64,000 nucleotides of DNA from assembly GCF_009914755.1 (NCBI RefSeq), contig NC_060926.1; one strand, given 5' to 3'. Position 1 is the stretch's first letter. Every line of letters begins with the position of its first letter. This DNA comes from the human T2T-CHM13v2.0 reference genome, Homo sapiens. The notes beneath the pieces were generated by a model. That model saw nothing but the letters and a program-made list of their open reading frames with translations, did no database searches and was not told where the DNA came from. Below, in pieces: positions 26,560 to 38,640 of this stretch. The position numbers and the translations under genes were made by a program.

Positions 26560-26780
26560 ATTATGTGCCAGACATACGTCTAGCACCCTGCGTACTTGAT
26601 ATTGAATCTGCACTAGCAACTCTATGCAGTACGTATTATTATTACTTCTTGTTTACAGATGAGGAAACAGAGGCCCCGGGAGGGTAGGCACCCCTGTAAA
26701 GGTCATACGGTTCGGGAAAGAGTCAGGATTTGGATTCAGCCTGACTGCACAGCCCCCACACTCCTAATCACAGCATTGTC
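26560..26780 (-). mobile_element. MIR
   Basis: ttatgtgccagac...tttacagatgaggaaacagaggcc. Confidence 0.8.
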
Positions 26781-27111
26781 CTTCCCCCTGCCAGAAACTT
26801 GGTTTGCAGTATTTCTACTGAAACGTGACATTTTACCTGCCCTCATGGAGGTATGATCTTTTTGGAGAGAAAAGATAGCAACAATTCAACACAGACACCA
26901 CACCAAAGGTTCTTGAGATGGAACAGAATGCAGGCCCCAGGGACTCAAAGTCATTTTTCAGCATGGGAAGACTTGGCACCGAGTCTGTATCACAGGATGA
27001 GCAGGGCTGTGCAGAGAAAACCCAGAGGACTGGAGGGTGGGCTTTGGGAGGAGCAAGTCAATTTATCTCTTGGGCTTCATTTTCCTCATTGGGAGCATTG
27101 AGGAAGAGTAA

Positions 27112-27131
27112 GGGTGGGAGGGAGGGGTGGG
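27112..27131 (+). other. Putative G-quadruplex
   Basis: GGGTGGGAGGGAGGGGTGGG: five G-tracts with 1-nt loops. Confidence 0.6.
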
Positions 27132-27782
27132 TTGGCAAATGTTTTCCCAAGTCCCTGGGGTTGGTGGGTGGAGTTTAAGCCAATTGCTGATGGCTTTGCC
27201 ACCAGGTGGCAAAGTTTAGACTTTGTCTAGAAGAAGTGGGGAGCCATGAGGGGTTTTGAGCAGTGGGACATGAAAGTATTGCTTTGGGAAGTTGGAATCC
27301 AGGAGGCTTTTATCTTCCAGTCTTGCTTCTCTGGAGACTGATGTCCCAAGAGAACATGCCTGGCCGCTTAGCTCCGTGGAGTTTATGCTCTGGGAGACCC
27401 TGATGGGGAGATCCTCATTTCGACTGGTCACATTAATACTACTTTTCGAGTGTGAAAGGTTGAGTCAAGGTTTGGACTTCTGGCAGGTTCTCGCCTTTGG
27501 CTGGTGTTCCCCCTTTGAGATGGTCCCACTACTTTCACTCAGCGTCCCTACCCCACACACATCTCCCCCTCTACACAGACACTAAGGGCTCCTCATGGGG
27601 TTTCATTATTGGTTTTTAGCGGATGTTCCTCTAACTCGGTGCATTTCCTCAAGCCAACGTCTATTCCACTATCATGGGGAAATTAATATAGAAATTTCCT
27701 CCTTTGTATCATCAATTTCAGAGGATGTATGTTCCCGGCTGATGGCCCTCCCCTCTATTTGCATAACAGCAGGTAAACAATA

Positions 27783-27796
27783 CTGCCACCTAGTGG
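27783..27796 (-). promoter_or_regulatory. CTCF core motif
   Basis: The minus strand reads CCACTAGGTGGCAG, a full match to CCASYAGRKGGCRS. Occupancy cannot be shown from sequence. Confidence 0.6.
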
Positions 27797-27949
27797 GAGC
27801 TCAAGGTGTGACCTTCGGAGCTCCTCCTCCTGACCCCGGGACATTATTTCTATTACTGTTAATATTTAAACTAATGGGCAGTTCTGAGCTCAGTGCTCTT
27901 CCCAGTGAGTGGATCCACGTGGATTTTCACGTCTCCTTCTCATTCTCTT

Positions 27950-28025
27950 AAAACTTGGAGTTACAAGTGTCAGAGAAGCTGTTTTGTGTACGCAGAACGA
28001 TTGAAACAGGTGCAGGGAGTTTTAC
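27950..28025 (+). repeat. Copy A of a diverged ~76-bp dispersed direct repeat
   Basis: Manual alignment to 30521-30598 gives 64 identities, 12 mismatches and one 2-nt gap. Confidence 0.8.
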
Positions 28026-28859
28026 CTACTTTACTTTGACTTTTGCTCACAGCAGTCCAGGTAGGTAACTGGATTCCCGTTTTATACGTGAGGAAACCCA
28101 GGCTCAGTAAGATTAAGTAACTTGGAACTTTACTGAGCACCTAACGTGCCCAACTACGTCCTGGACTACCTAGGTAGTATGGGGATTGTGGCCTGTTTTC
28201 CTCTAAGAATGCGCTGTCCAGACACAGTGGCAAGGCGTAGTTAGCTCCTGGCCAACTTGTAGAGGAGAGGAGAGACCCTTGCACACTGCAGTAGTGCAGC
28301 AAGACTGCTTGGATGGAAGAAGTGGGTCTGGAGCTAGGATTCGAAAGGTGGCATGGGAAGAGAATGTTTGGCGGATGAAGGCACAGAGGCGGCGCTAGTG
28401 CTAGGGATGTCCGGGGGCGAGGAAAGACTTGCTGATCTTGGGCTGTGCCAGGTGTTGTGGGTTGAGGGGTCTGGGATACAGAGCCTGCGAGAGCTAGGTT
28501 GAGAGCTCCAGGGAGTCACTGCGACTACTTCCTTGCTCCATTTGTGAACTGAGAAGTAAGACTCGTTTGATGGACGAAATTTAAATAATGCAGAAATATA
28601 TTAAAGTAAAAAAAAAAAAAAAAGAGAAAATCTCCTACCAGGCCTATTCTCCCCCAGAAAACATGATTAATAGTTAAACGTTTGGGGTACATGCTTTCAG
28701 AAGATTTTCTTTGCCTGTATATAGATATATATGTCTATTCAAGTATATAAAAATTAATACATGCATATGTAGTGTGATTTATTTTAATAGGGTTATGTTT
28801 TAACTATTATTTTATAATTTCCTTGTCATCAAAAATTCAAAAATATATCACAGTCATCT

Positions 28860-29460
28860 TTTAACTTAAACCTTTTACTATGGAAAATTTTAAACATATG
28901 CAAACCTAGAACAGTATAATAAATCTCCCTCAGCTTCAACATTTATCAATACATAATCAATTTTGTTTTCTCCCTACCTCACTCCATAGGTTCTCCTGAA
29001 CTGGATTATTTTAAATAAAGCTCCAGACATCATACATTGCATCTGTAAATACATCTGTATCGATCTCAAAAGAAAAGGACACTTTTAAAACATATATAAC
29101 CACAGTGCCATTATCACATTAAAGAAACCTGTATTCTTTCATATCATCAAATAGCTAATTAGTGTTCAAATTTTTCCACTTGTCTCATAAACTTTGAACA
29201 GCTGATGTGCTTGAATGATGATTCAAATAAGGTCTATACGTTGCATTTGAGTGCTGTTTTTTATGTCTCATTCCATTCATAGATTTCTACTCCCTCCTTT
29301 TTCTTTTTTTGTTTTTGCCATTTCTTTTTTTGTTGAAGAAACTAGTCATTGTCCTGTAAAGTTTCCCACATTTTGGATTTTGCTGATTGTATTCCCATGG
29401 TGTCTTTTAACCTGTTCCTCTGGCCCTATATTCCTTGTAAACTGGTAATGAGTTCTAGGT
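28860..29460 (-). mobile_element. Old L1M (L1MC-type) 3' fragment
   Basis: tactatggaaaattttaaacata, ctccagacatcat, ataaccacagtgccattatcac, gaagaaactagtcattgtcctgtaaagtttcccacattttggatttt. Confidence 0.75.
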
Positions 29461-30061
29461 GCTTGAGCAGAATTAGATTTGATTTCTTGGCATAAAGATG
29501 GGAGCTTCTTAGGCAGGAGAATGAGGCGACCAAGAGCCAGAGTGGTGGGATTGAAGAAAGAAGGACACATCTCACTGGCCTCCCCAAGCAATCCCTTTCA
29601 CTTGTCTTTCGAGGCACATGTGAGAGACAAAGGGGGCACCCCAAACCTCTGTAGGGTTGGCCTCAGGGATGCTCAGTTTCCAGGGGGTCACATCTCAGAG
29701 CCTTCCATGGGTGGCCCACCCAATCCCACCATCTGGTCAGCCAGGGTTGCTCAGTAACTTGTTCTCATGATGAGTGGAAGTCATAGCTTCCTCCTCTCAT
29801 TGTGGTTTCACATTTGCTTTCTTCCCTTCTTATAACATGTTTCTATTTTCTAAAATATCACAAAAATGCTGTCTTTCCAATTCTCAGCTAGCTCATCCCG
29901 TTGACACTGCTGAGCCACTGAGGACAGCTTAACTGTCTCAGCTCAGAGCCAGGAAAAATTTGGACAGTGTTTGCAGAAATTGCCAGGGCTCGTGAAATGC
30001 TTTACATATTGTATCACAAGCTCCTGAGGAAGAATCACTTAATTTAGAAATCAAATGACTA

Positions 30062-30362
<301 letters not shown>

Positions 30363-30520
30363 TCAAATTACTACCTCTGACTCCTGCTTACCACCCTATC
30401 GCAGGGAGTCCAACCTCAGCCCTGTTTTTCTTAAATGATCATATTCAGTTCTTCAGTATCTTTGATTAGTCTCCCCTCCCCCTACCTTAATGACAATTTG
30501 TTTGTTATTTTCTATTAATC

Positions 30521-30598
30521 AAAATTTGCAGTTGCAAGTGTCAGAGGGGCTCTTCTGCATACAGGCAGAACCTTTGAAACAGGTGCAGGGAGCTTTAC
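30521..30598 (+). repeat. Copy B of a diverged ~76-bp dispersed direct repeat
   Basis: Shares caagtgtcagag and ttgaaacaggtgcagggag exactly with 27950-28025. Confidence 0.8.
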
Positions 30599-31744
30599 TC
30601 AGAACAAGAGATGCTCATCACCAGCAGCTGATGCAGGGCCTCCACCCGCGCCCGCCCCCCGGCCCCCGACATGATATTGGAACAGCTACATCTGATAATG
30701 TAGTTTGCTGTGTGGTCTGATCTCTGTGAAATATTTGCTTTTCTTTAGGCTTTCAGAAATATTCAAAATAGCTTCTCATTATCACTTTCCTAAACTCCTG
30801 TGGTGTCTAGGACACCACAGTGCGGGGTTACTTCTGTTAGTTATTAGAATCATCAATTTCATTGCTAGAGGGGACCACAGAAGCCACCCTGGTCCAGGGT
30901 CCTGCCTCATCCATCCCTCTTCAGTCTACTCACTTGAAAAACAAATTACCTGAATCTTAGACAGGTTACATCCTTTCTCAGGACCAATAGATAATAAATG
31001 GAGGTGAGGTTTGAGCCTCGTTTTTGGTTATGAGTTTTATCAAAATTATTTTATTTTTAAATAATTCATCTACAGAGAGAAGAAAGCTCAAATTAAGGGC
31101 CAGCCTTCATAGATGCAGTCCGTGAAAGTGTTTCTCCTTAAGTCTGTCTTGTAAACTCTTCGGAGCTGAGCTAAGAAAGGGATACTTTCTCAACTCCAAG
31201 CTATCAGTGCTTTACCAAGCCTCCTCTCGTCCAGGCCCATCTTCCGACTTGACCCCAGCAAGTGCCCATTTCCTGGGAATGAATGTTGATTTTAGAGACT
31301 GTCCTTAGGTTTTTTCAGGGAGGCAGTATGGTGTCACAACACAAACCCCAGACAGACTTGGGTTCTAATCCCAAGTCCCCACTTGATTAGCGAGGTGGTG
31401 TTGGGTTAGTCACTTCGATTCTGATCCTCCATTTCCTTATCTTTAAAATAGGCCGAGAGTCCCCATCCCAGGTTATTCCTGACTGTGCATCTCCAGCCGG
31501 TGACATATCCCACACGCGTCATAAATGGTTGCTATTGTTCCTGTGGGAAGGCAGAGTTGAATCTAGCCTCTAGGGAAAAGAGGATGGGCAAGACCTAAGA
31601 TAGAAAGCCAGTGTTTCCAAGATAATGTACCCTTGTGTTTGACCCTCAGATTTGGGAAAGATGGTTGTTTTTTATGAACTGTCCACTTTTCTTCCTCACC
31701 AGCTAGAAACTGAGTTGAGATAATCAACCCTCTGTCAAACAATC

Positions 31745-31807
31745 TATACACACACACAACTATATATATATACACACACATACACACACACACTCACACA
31801 CACACAC
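31745..31807. repeat. Compound (CA)n/(TA)n microsatellite
   Basis: Interrupted CA and TA runs visible directly. Confidence 0.9.
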
Positions 31808-33724
31808 CCAGAAAAGGGGAAAAATACTCAGCAAAGCTCTATCCACATGTTGGCATGTGATTTCTGGAACTTTGTCAGCCAGTTTTCTCGTGTCTGAATC
31901 CAGAAAGCAAACTGGGTTGGAGACAGTTCACGAGAAACATCCCCTCAGATGACCTACTCAGGTACTTCCTCTATATTATTTCATTACTTTTTTGTCCTGA
32001 TGAATTTTGCTCTTACAGTTTCAAGATAATCAATTTATTTTCATGCGCCTTCCCCGTCCAAATTGGATTATGAATATAAATAGCCATGTGCTGGCCCCAG
32101 TGGCCAGTGTGCACTCCCAGGCTGGTGCTTGGCAGACTGGGTCCTGGGGAAGGCTTGGGCTGTTTGTTTATTTTCAATTGAAGCTCTAAATGCTGGAATG
32201 ACTTCCAGCTCCTTTACGCACAGCCATCTCAAAACTCCCTTTGTTCCCTGGTTGCAGAGGCCAAATACTCAGGGTTTTCTTTAGCTATGGTAAGAATGCC
32301 GGTGCTCTGGGCATCATCCTGCTGGTGGCTGTCCTGTGGTGAGCCTTTTTATATAAAAATCACTGTGTGCACTTGTGCACACATAGACCCCCACCCACCG
32401 AAGGCTGCACCCTGTTGGTTTTCTTTCTAGGAACAGGAAAAGCACCACTGGGTAATGTCATAAGGGAAATAGGACGGAGTCTCAGGTCAGGAACTGCAGT
32501 CATCTCCTTTGCTGGGTTTCAGCATTTCCCTCCTTGGGAATCTACTTCTATCTGCAGGTTTTTTATACCTTATGTTCACCTTTGGTTGTATGGAAGTCGT
32601 TCTCTTACTGTTTAATCCAACCTCCAGTGACAGAAGTAGAATTAACTAAAACACAAGTTAGGCTCCATGCTAGCCAAGAACTCAGTTTTTCTTGGTCTGC
32701 AGATGAGGGGATGTTCAGTATCCTAACCTGTTCTCTGGTCACAGGATGGTGTTTCTCTGGGTGTGGCTCACGAGCCTCCCATCTTAGAATCTTCTAGGAG
32801 CCGGGAAGTGTGCAAGCTCTAGAGCCCTACTCCGGACTTGTTGAATCTGAATGTGTAGTGCTGGGGCTCAGGACCTGTGATAGGAAAGTCACAGAAAGCA
32901 TAGATCTGTCTGAAGAAACTGCTGCAGCCTCCATTCATTTCTTTCTTCATCTTCCAGGCCATGACTTCGAACTTTGTTAGGATCCAACCTGCAGGGAGAT
33001 TTCATGTCAGTTCAGTCACACACACACTCACCCACTAGCATCGCTGTATCCAATATCTTCTCTGGATGTCAGGAGAGCTCTGTGCTGGCGCTCAAGGACC
33101 TCAGGGTCTAGTTGAAGGAATGAAGTGTGCTCATATTAAAAGAAAAGTAGCAATGCAAAGCAAAGAAGGCCAAGTGCAAATGTGCAGTGTAAACTTGATT
33201 TTAAGGGAGGGGAGAGGCTTTGGCCTTGGCCAGGATCCCAAGGAAGGAGCTGAAGACATGGAATTGGAGGCAGTGAGAAAGGTGGTCTTTGCAGAGGGAG
33301 CAGTGTTGACAAGGCCCCTGTAGGCGTGAGGGCCACTTGCGGGTGAGGTGTGGAACCGAACCTGCCAAAAAAGGAAGAAGTGGGCTGGCTGTGAATCTAG
33401 GAGAAGACTTACATTTGGAGAGCTTAAAAGATAATCAGATTAATTGGGATTTGCCGGAGAAACTTTGGCAAATCAGTGCTATAATCAGCTTCGTGTTGGG
33501 ATTTGCAAAGTCGGAATCCAATTTCCTAATTTGATGTCTTCCCAGTTCATGGTGCCCCAAATTGTAGATCTCATCCCATTAGAGGGTTAGAGGGTCTAGA
33601 GAAGATTTTAGATAAAGTAAGAACAGGGCATCTCCTAGCTTTTTGTTTTTTTTTAAACAAACCTTTTTATTTTGAAAAATTTCAAACACTTACAAAAGTA
33701 TAACATGAGCAGAACTTTGATTTA

Positions 33725-33960
33725 ACAGTGATGAAGCTACGCCTGTGAGCCAATAATATGAAATTCAAAAACAGAAAAAAATGAACCTATGGGGATAGAA
33801 AGGAAAATGGTGGTTGACTTTGGTTGGGTACTTGACTGTGAAGGAGAAGGGGAGAACTTTCTGGAATAATGATAATGTTTTTTGTCTTTATTGGAGTATA
33901 TGTGATTTGTCAAACTCAGCAAACTGTACACTTAAGATCTGGTACTATACCTCAAAAATA
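33725..33960 (+). mobile_element. L1ME 3' UTR fragment
   Basis: atatgaaattcaaaaacag...gagaactttctgga...ttgtcaaactcagcaaactgtacacttaagatct. Confidence 0.7.
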
Positions 33961-34219
33961 TAAAGGTATTTCTTATCCTTTTCCTCTAATTTTCTTTCAG
34001 TCCTTCTCATCAAATCAAAGAGAAACTCTCAGCTTAGGGCTAGAGTGTCATTACCATCTCTCTAATACTTATCACCCTCTTCACACAGAGGCAGAGGGCC
34101 TTAGCATGATATTATTTCATTTTCATTGCATTAAAAAATACTATGGCCAGTGAATCTAATTTTCTTAAGTTGTATTATAGCATTTTTCTTTTAAAAGAAA
34201 ATTATTTAAGAAAAAAAGA

Positions 34220-34523
<304 letters not shown>

Positions 34524-35704
34524 GAAATGTAAGTGGTAAACATATATGGTGAAAGCTGGAGGCAGTGCATGACTGGCAGAGGTTTGAGAAACGCTGTAGA
34601 AGGGGAGCTACTACTTCAGGTGTCCCTGTGGGATGGATGAGGACTCTTGCTGAACACGATCTGTTCTTCTGACTGGGCATCACTCAGGCATCCTATGTAG
34701 CACCTGGTTTTGTTTTCCAAACTTATGGTGACCACTACCCTCAGAGCCAGTGGCACTGAGAGATGCTGGTCAGGGTTAGGGGATCTGTGGTGAACTGGAG
34801 ACCACTCAACCCAGGCCGAGGAAGCACAACAGATGGGAGTGCTCCTATGACACCAGGAGGCCAAACTCGAACCTCTGCCTCACATGCAGCACCGGGCAGA
34901 CTGAGCTGTTGGAGTAAGATGGAGACAGCAGGGATGGCTCGTTGCCTTGAAACCTCTCCCTTAGGCACCTGCTGCTGAGACCCAGAACCTTCCTAGGGTT
35001 CTGCTGCAGTCATGCTGCCTCAGCGCTGCTGAGGGGTCTAGAGTCTCACAGCCCTGCTGGGTCATCGTGGGGGTGAATAGATACCTGCTTCTCTCCAGGG
35101 ACCTATGGCCTTCCATAGGCACCTGCTGGGGATCTTTATTTGAAATGAGCAATGTATTATTAGCAAGGGGCATTGATTGCAGTCTGCCAGTGACTTATTT
35201 ATCCCCCGTGCTGCTTCTTGCTCTCCGGTTTCCAGGGAGTGCTGGGCTTTCCAGGTTGCCTGTCCAGCGTCTCTGTGTCTCCCTGGCCTGGCCACACAGT
35301 AGAATTCATCCCAAGTTTCCAGGAGGAGTTACAATGAAGAGACAGTTCAAGTGACAGTTGCTGTTTAACCGCCTCATCCGTGGGGTTCCAAGAAAACTGT
35401 GACATCAGTGAAGTTTGTATTCCCTACCGCAACTTCCGTTTCTGTACCCACCCACTCCCTCTCTTTCTGGCTGCTCCTAGTATCTGCTTTCAGCCATTTT
35501 ATCTTTAGTTTCCATCTGCACACTACCTAATTCACTTCAACAAGACCTGAAGCAGACAGGCCCCACTAACAGGAACAGGACAGGCCTTAGGGGCCTTCAG
35601 ACCTTGGCACTGGAGGTTCAACTGGGAAGACAGAGTATTTTGTATGAGATTCAGGGGTGGGAGTGAGGGGGCAAGGGTTTAAGTTTATTATCAAGGAACA
35701 GCAG

Positions 35705-35940
35705 CAAACCTTACTGGGGGTTCACCCTGTGCCAAGCAGGCTCTGAGTGCTGTGTACAGCCTCTTGGCCACCTAATCCTCCAACAGTTCAGTGAGGTAAC
35801 CACTACCCTCACCCCCGTTTTACAGAGGTGGAAACCGAGGGTTTAGACAGCTGAAGTAACTTGCACAAAATCACATGGCAATAGTAGAGATGCGATTCAA
35901 ACCCTAGGGAATACGATTCCAGAACCTCACTGTTAACCAG
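35705..35940 (-). mobile_element. MIR
   Basis: ccccgttttacagaggtggaaaccgagg...aagtaacttgcacaaaatcaca. Confidence 0.78.
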
Positions 35941-37904
35941 GAAGCTGGTGTTTCTCAAACTCGCCTGGTGAGTCACTTGAGGCTTTGGTTCAAGTCGGGA
36001 TTTCCCATCGGTTTCCCCTGGATCCGATGATCCTATGGGTTTGGGAATCTGCACATTGAATAGAGACCCTGAGTGAATCTTATCTGCTGGTGGATGTGGG
36101 AAAATCTACACTTGGCCATTTGGAAGTGAGGTGTCCCCCCAAGCTGGGAGGAGCGTGGCTGTAGCTGGCAGCCCTGCTGGGGGCGCTGAGCTTCTCAACA
36201 GGAGCTGGTGATAGCTGGAGCTGAGTGCAGGCTCGGAAGCTTGACCAAAACGGGATTCCAGGCACAGGAACTCAATGATCACACCTAGATAGTTTTGGGG
36301 GTGGATTTGGAGAACAAATAGCCTAGTAGGATAAAATGTGATGAGGGAGAGGGAGAGACAGAGACAGAGAGAGAGAGAGACACAAAGTCAGAGACATCTG
36401 AGCTGAATAGCAGCTGAGAGGCCCCTGACCAGTCATCACCTCTGGGCAATGCTGGCCACAGAATGGGACTGAGCCTGCAGGTGCGTCTGGGGAGGGGAAG
36501 TTCAGTTGTAGGCAATGGAGCCAGGCAGGTCTTTTCCAGATGGTTTCCTAAACAGGTGTTTCATGGGAACCTGATGAGAGGGAGGGGTGACAAGACTCAT
36601 GCTATGGAAAGCCCTTCAACCAGGGGTATCCCATTTTCTCTTTATAATATATTTGGGTTCCATATAAGATTTCATCTGGAGAGGGGAAAGATATTGAAAA
36701 CGACAAGGCTTACCGTATCAACAGAAGAGACCTGACAACTTGGCTCAGGGTTCGCGATACAGGTATTAACCATCCCATGGATTTTTGCATCTAAAGAAAG
36801 TGTCTGGGTAGTGGGATGTATGACCTCAAGGGATGAAGTTCTCAGCAAGGAATTGCAGGCCTGGAGATCCTGTGCAGGGGAGTGATATGTAACCAGCGGC
36901 CCATCCAGAGCATTGCGATCCTGCCAGCCACAGAGGCTTCTCACTGCTCTCCCTTTGTCTTAGCTGTCTCTCATGTTAGGTTTTCAATGAAAGCTTGGAG
37001 TACCCTGTGTGTGCCTAGAAACCCTGAAGGTCAGGATCGTTCAATAATATTCTCCCCCATTTCAGGCCTCACCGTGTTCTGACTCTGAGAGGGACAGGAT
37101 TTCTTCCTGGTCAAGCCGAAACTTTTCCTGCCAAAGTGTCTCCTACTGAAGTCTGTGGCTACTTGGGATTCTCAGGGCATGGGTTGTTCTGGGTGACTGC
37201 AATTTCCAAATAGCTAAAGGCGTATTCCTTAAACTACACTTACCTTTTATTATTACTATTTTGGATGGAAGTCATCACCCCTATTTCAGCTTTCATAAAA
37301 TGGTTATAATGAACATAATTTAACTCATCCTTGGTGACTCTGGGCTTTTCTTAGGAGCATCGGTAATGTTGCTATGCAGTGGCACGTTGATGTTCACAGA
37401 GCCATTCTGGATACATCAAGGTGTTTGTCCCTTCATTAGAGAATCCTGACTCCAGTGTTTTTACGTGCAGTGTCTACTTACTTCAGTTTTTCTGTGTCTT
37501 CTCTATTAGCACTCACTTCTCATTGCAATCAGGGGGCCTGCTTCTACACAGCCTCTCTCATCCTTTCTACCTACCCCTCCATTGCCTCTAATTTACTTGA
37601 TTCTGATCAGCTGTTGGTTTAGAAACCAGATAAGTGATCTTGTTTCAACAGTGCATGAAATGAAACAAGCTTTTCATGAGGACCAGAGGGACACTCCGTC
37701 TGAAAGGGATGTATGTGGACATTATAACATCAAATCTAATTCTCTATTCAGATGCCTTTATTACTTACTTTCTGTCTAAAGTAGGCAAAGTAGTGCTATT
37801 CTCGGGATTTTTAGGTCTGAAGAAATATATGAAGATACATTTCCTGATTCTTTAGCTTCATATGTTTAAGGATAGGTCAATCAGAGAAGGGCATTGACTT
37901 ACAC

Positions 37905-38062
37905 CATTGGTCCTCAACTCTGGCTGAATATTCAAATAATATTCAAATACCAGAACCTAGTCCTACCCCAGACCAATTAAATCAGAATCTTTGGAGATGT
38001 GTCCCATGCATTTTAATAACTCTCCTTGGGATTCTAATGTGCAAGCAAGGTGGAGAACCACC
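37905..38062. mobile_element. MER5-family DNA transposon fossil (a second fragment lies at about 38666-38785)
   Basis: tggtcctcaactctggctg...ccccagaccaattaaatcagaatct...gattctaatgtgcaagcaaggtggagaaccac. Confidence 0.7.
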
Positions 38063-38128
38063 CACTTAGACCCTCGCAAAACCACCACACTGAAGACTTG
38101 TGTCTTTTAAGACAGATGACAGGTTCTT

Positions 38129-38256
38129 GGTGGGGGAAGGTGGCTCATGCCTATAATCCCAGCACTTTGGGACGCTGAAGCAGGAGGATTGCTTGAGGAC
38201 AGGAGTTCAAGACCAGCCTGGACAACATAGCAAGATCCCATGTCTACAAAAGAAAA
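38129..38256 (+). mobile_element. Alu left monomer (FLAM_C/AluJ)
   Basis: ggtggctcatgcctataatcccagcactttggga...caacatagcaagat. Confidence 0.85.
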
Positions 38257-38417
38257 GGTGCCTCTGGATTTTGTATAATAATGTGATAACTCAGAAATTT
38301 GTGTACAGAGACCATAAGATTGACCATATTATTTAATACATTTATTAAAATACTGTTCACAGTTCATGCATTTATTGCATGTCTTCTTTCACTGTGCTAA
38401 TGTGTATGTTTGACAAA

Positions 38418-38640
38418 AGCCTAGGACCATAGTGAGACCTTGGCTCTACAAAAATTTTTTAAATCATATGGGCATGTAACTCATCACTGTAACTCCAGTG
38501 GAGCATAGCTCCTGCCTGTGGTCCTAGCTACTCAGGAAGCTGAGGCAGGAGGATTGTTTGAGCCTAGTAGTTCAAAGCTGCAGTGAGCTAATGATCATGC
38601 CACTGCACTCCAGCCTGGGCAACAGAGTGAGACTGTCTCT
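38418..38640 (+). mobile_element. 5'-truncated AluJ with a ~29-nt foreign insertion
   Basis: End of the left monomer, linker and right monomer. Extra sequence at about 38477-38505. Confidence 0.85.

Noticed and set aside
30641-30668. GC-rich CpG-containing stretch as a possible CpG-island promoter
   Set aside because: Under 30 bp, far too short for a CpG island.
33066-33323. 85-aa ATG-initiated ORF (MSGELCAGAQ...) with natural-looking composition
   Set aside because: No recognisable domain, and the underlying DNA resembles degraded antisense L2. There is no supporting evidence for coding.
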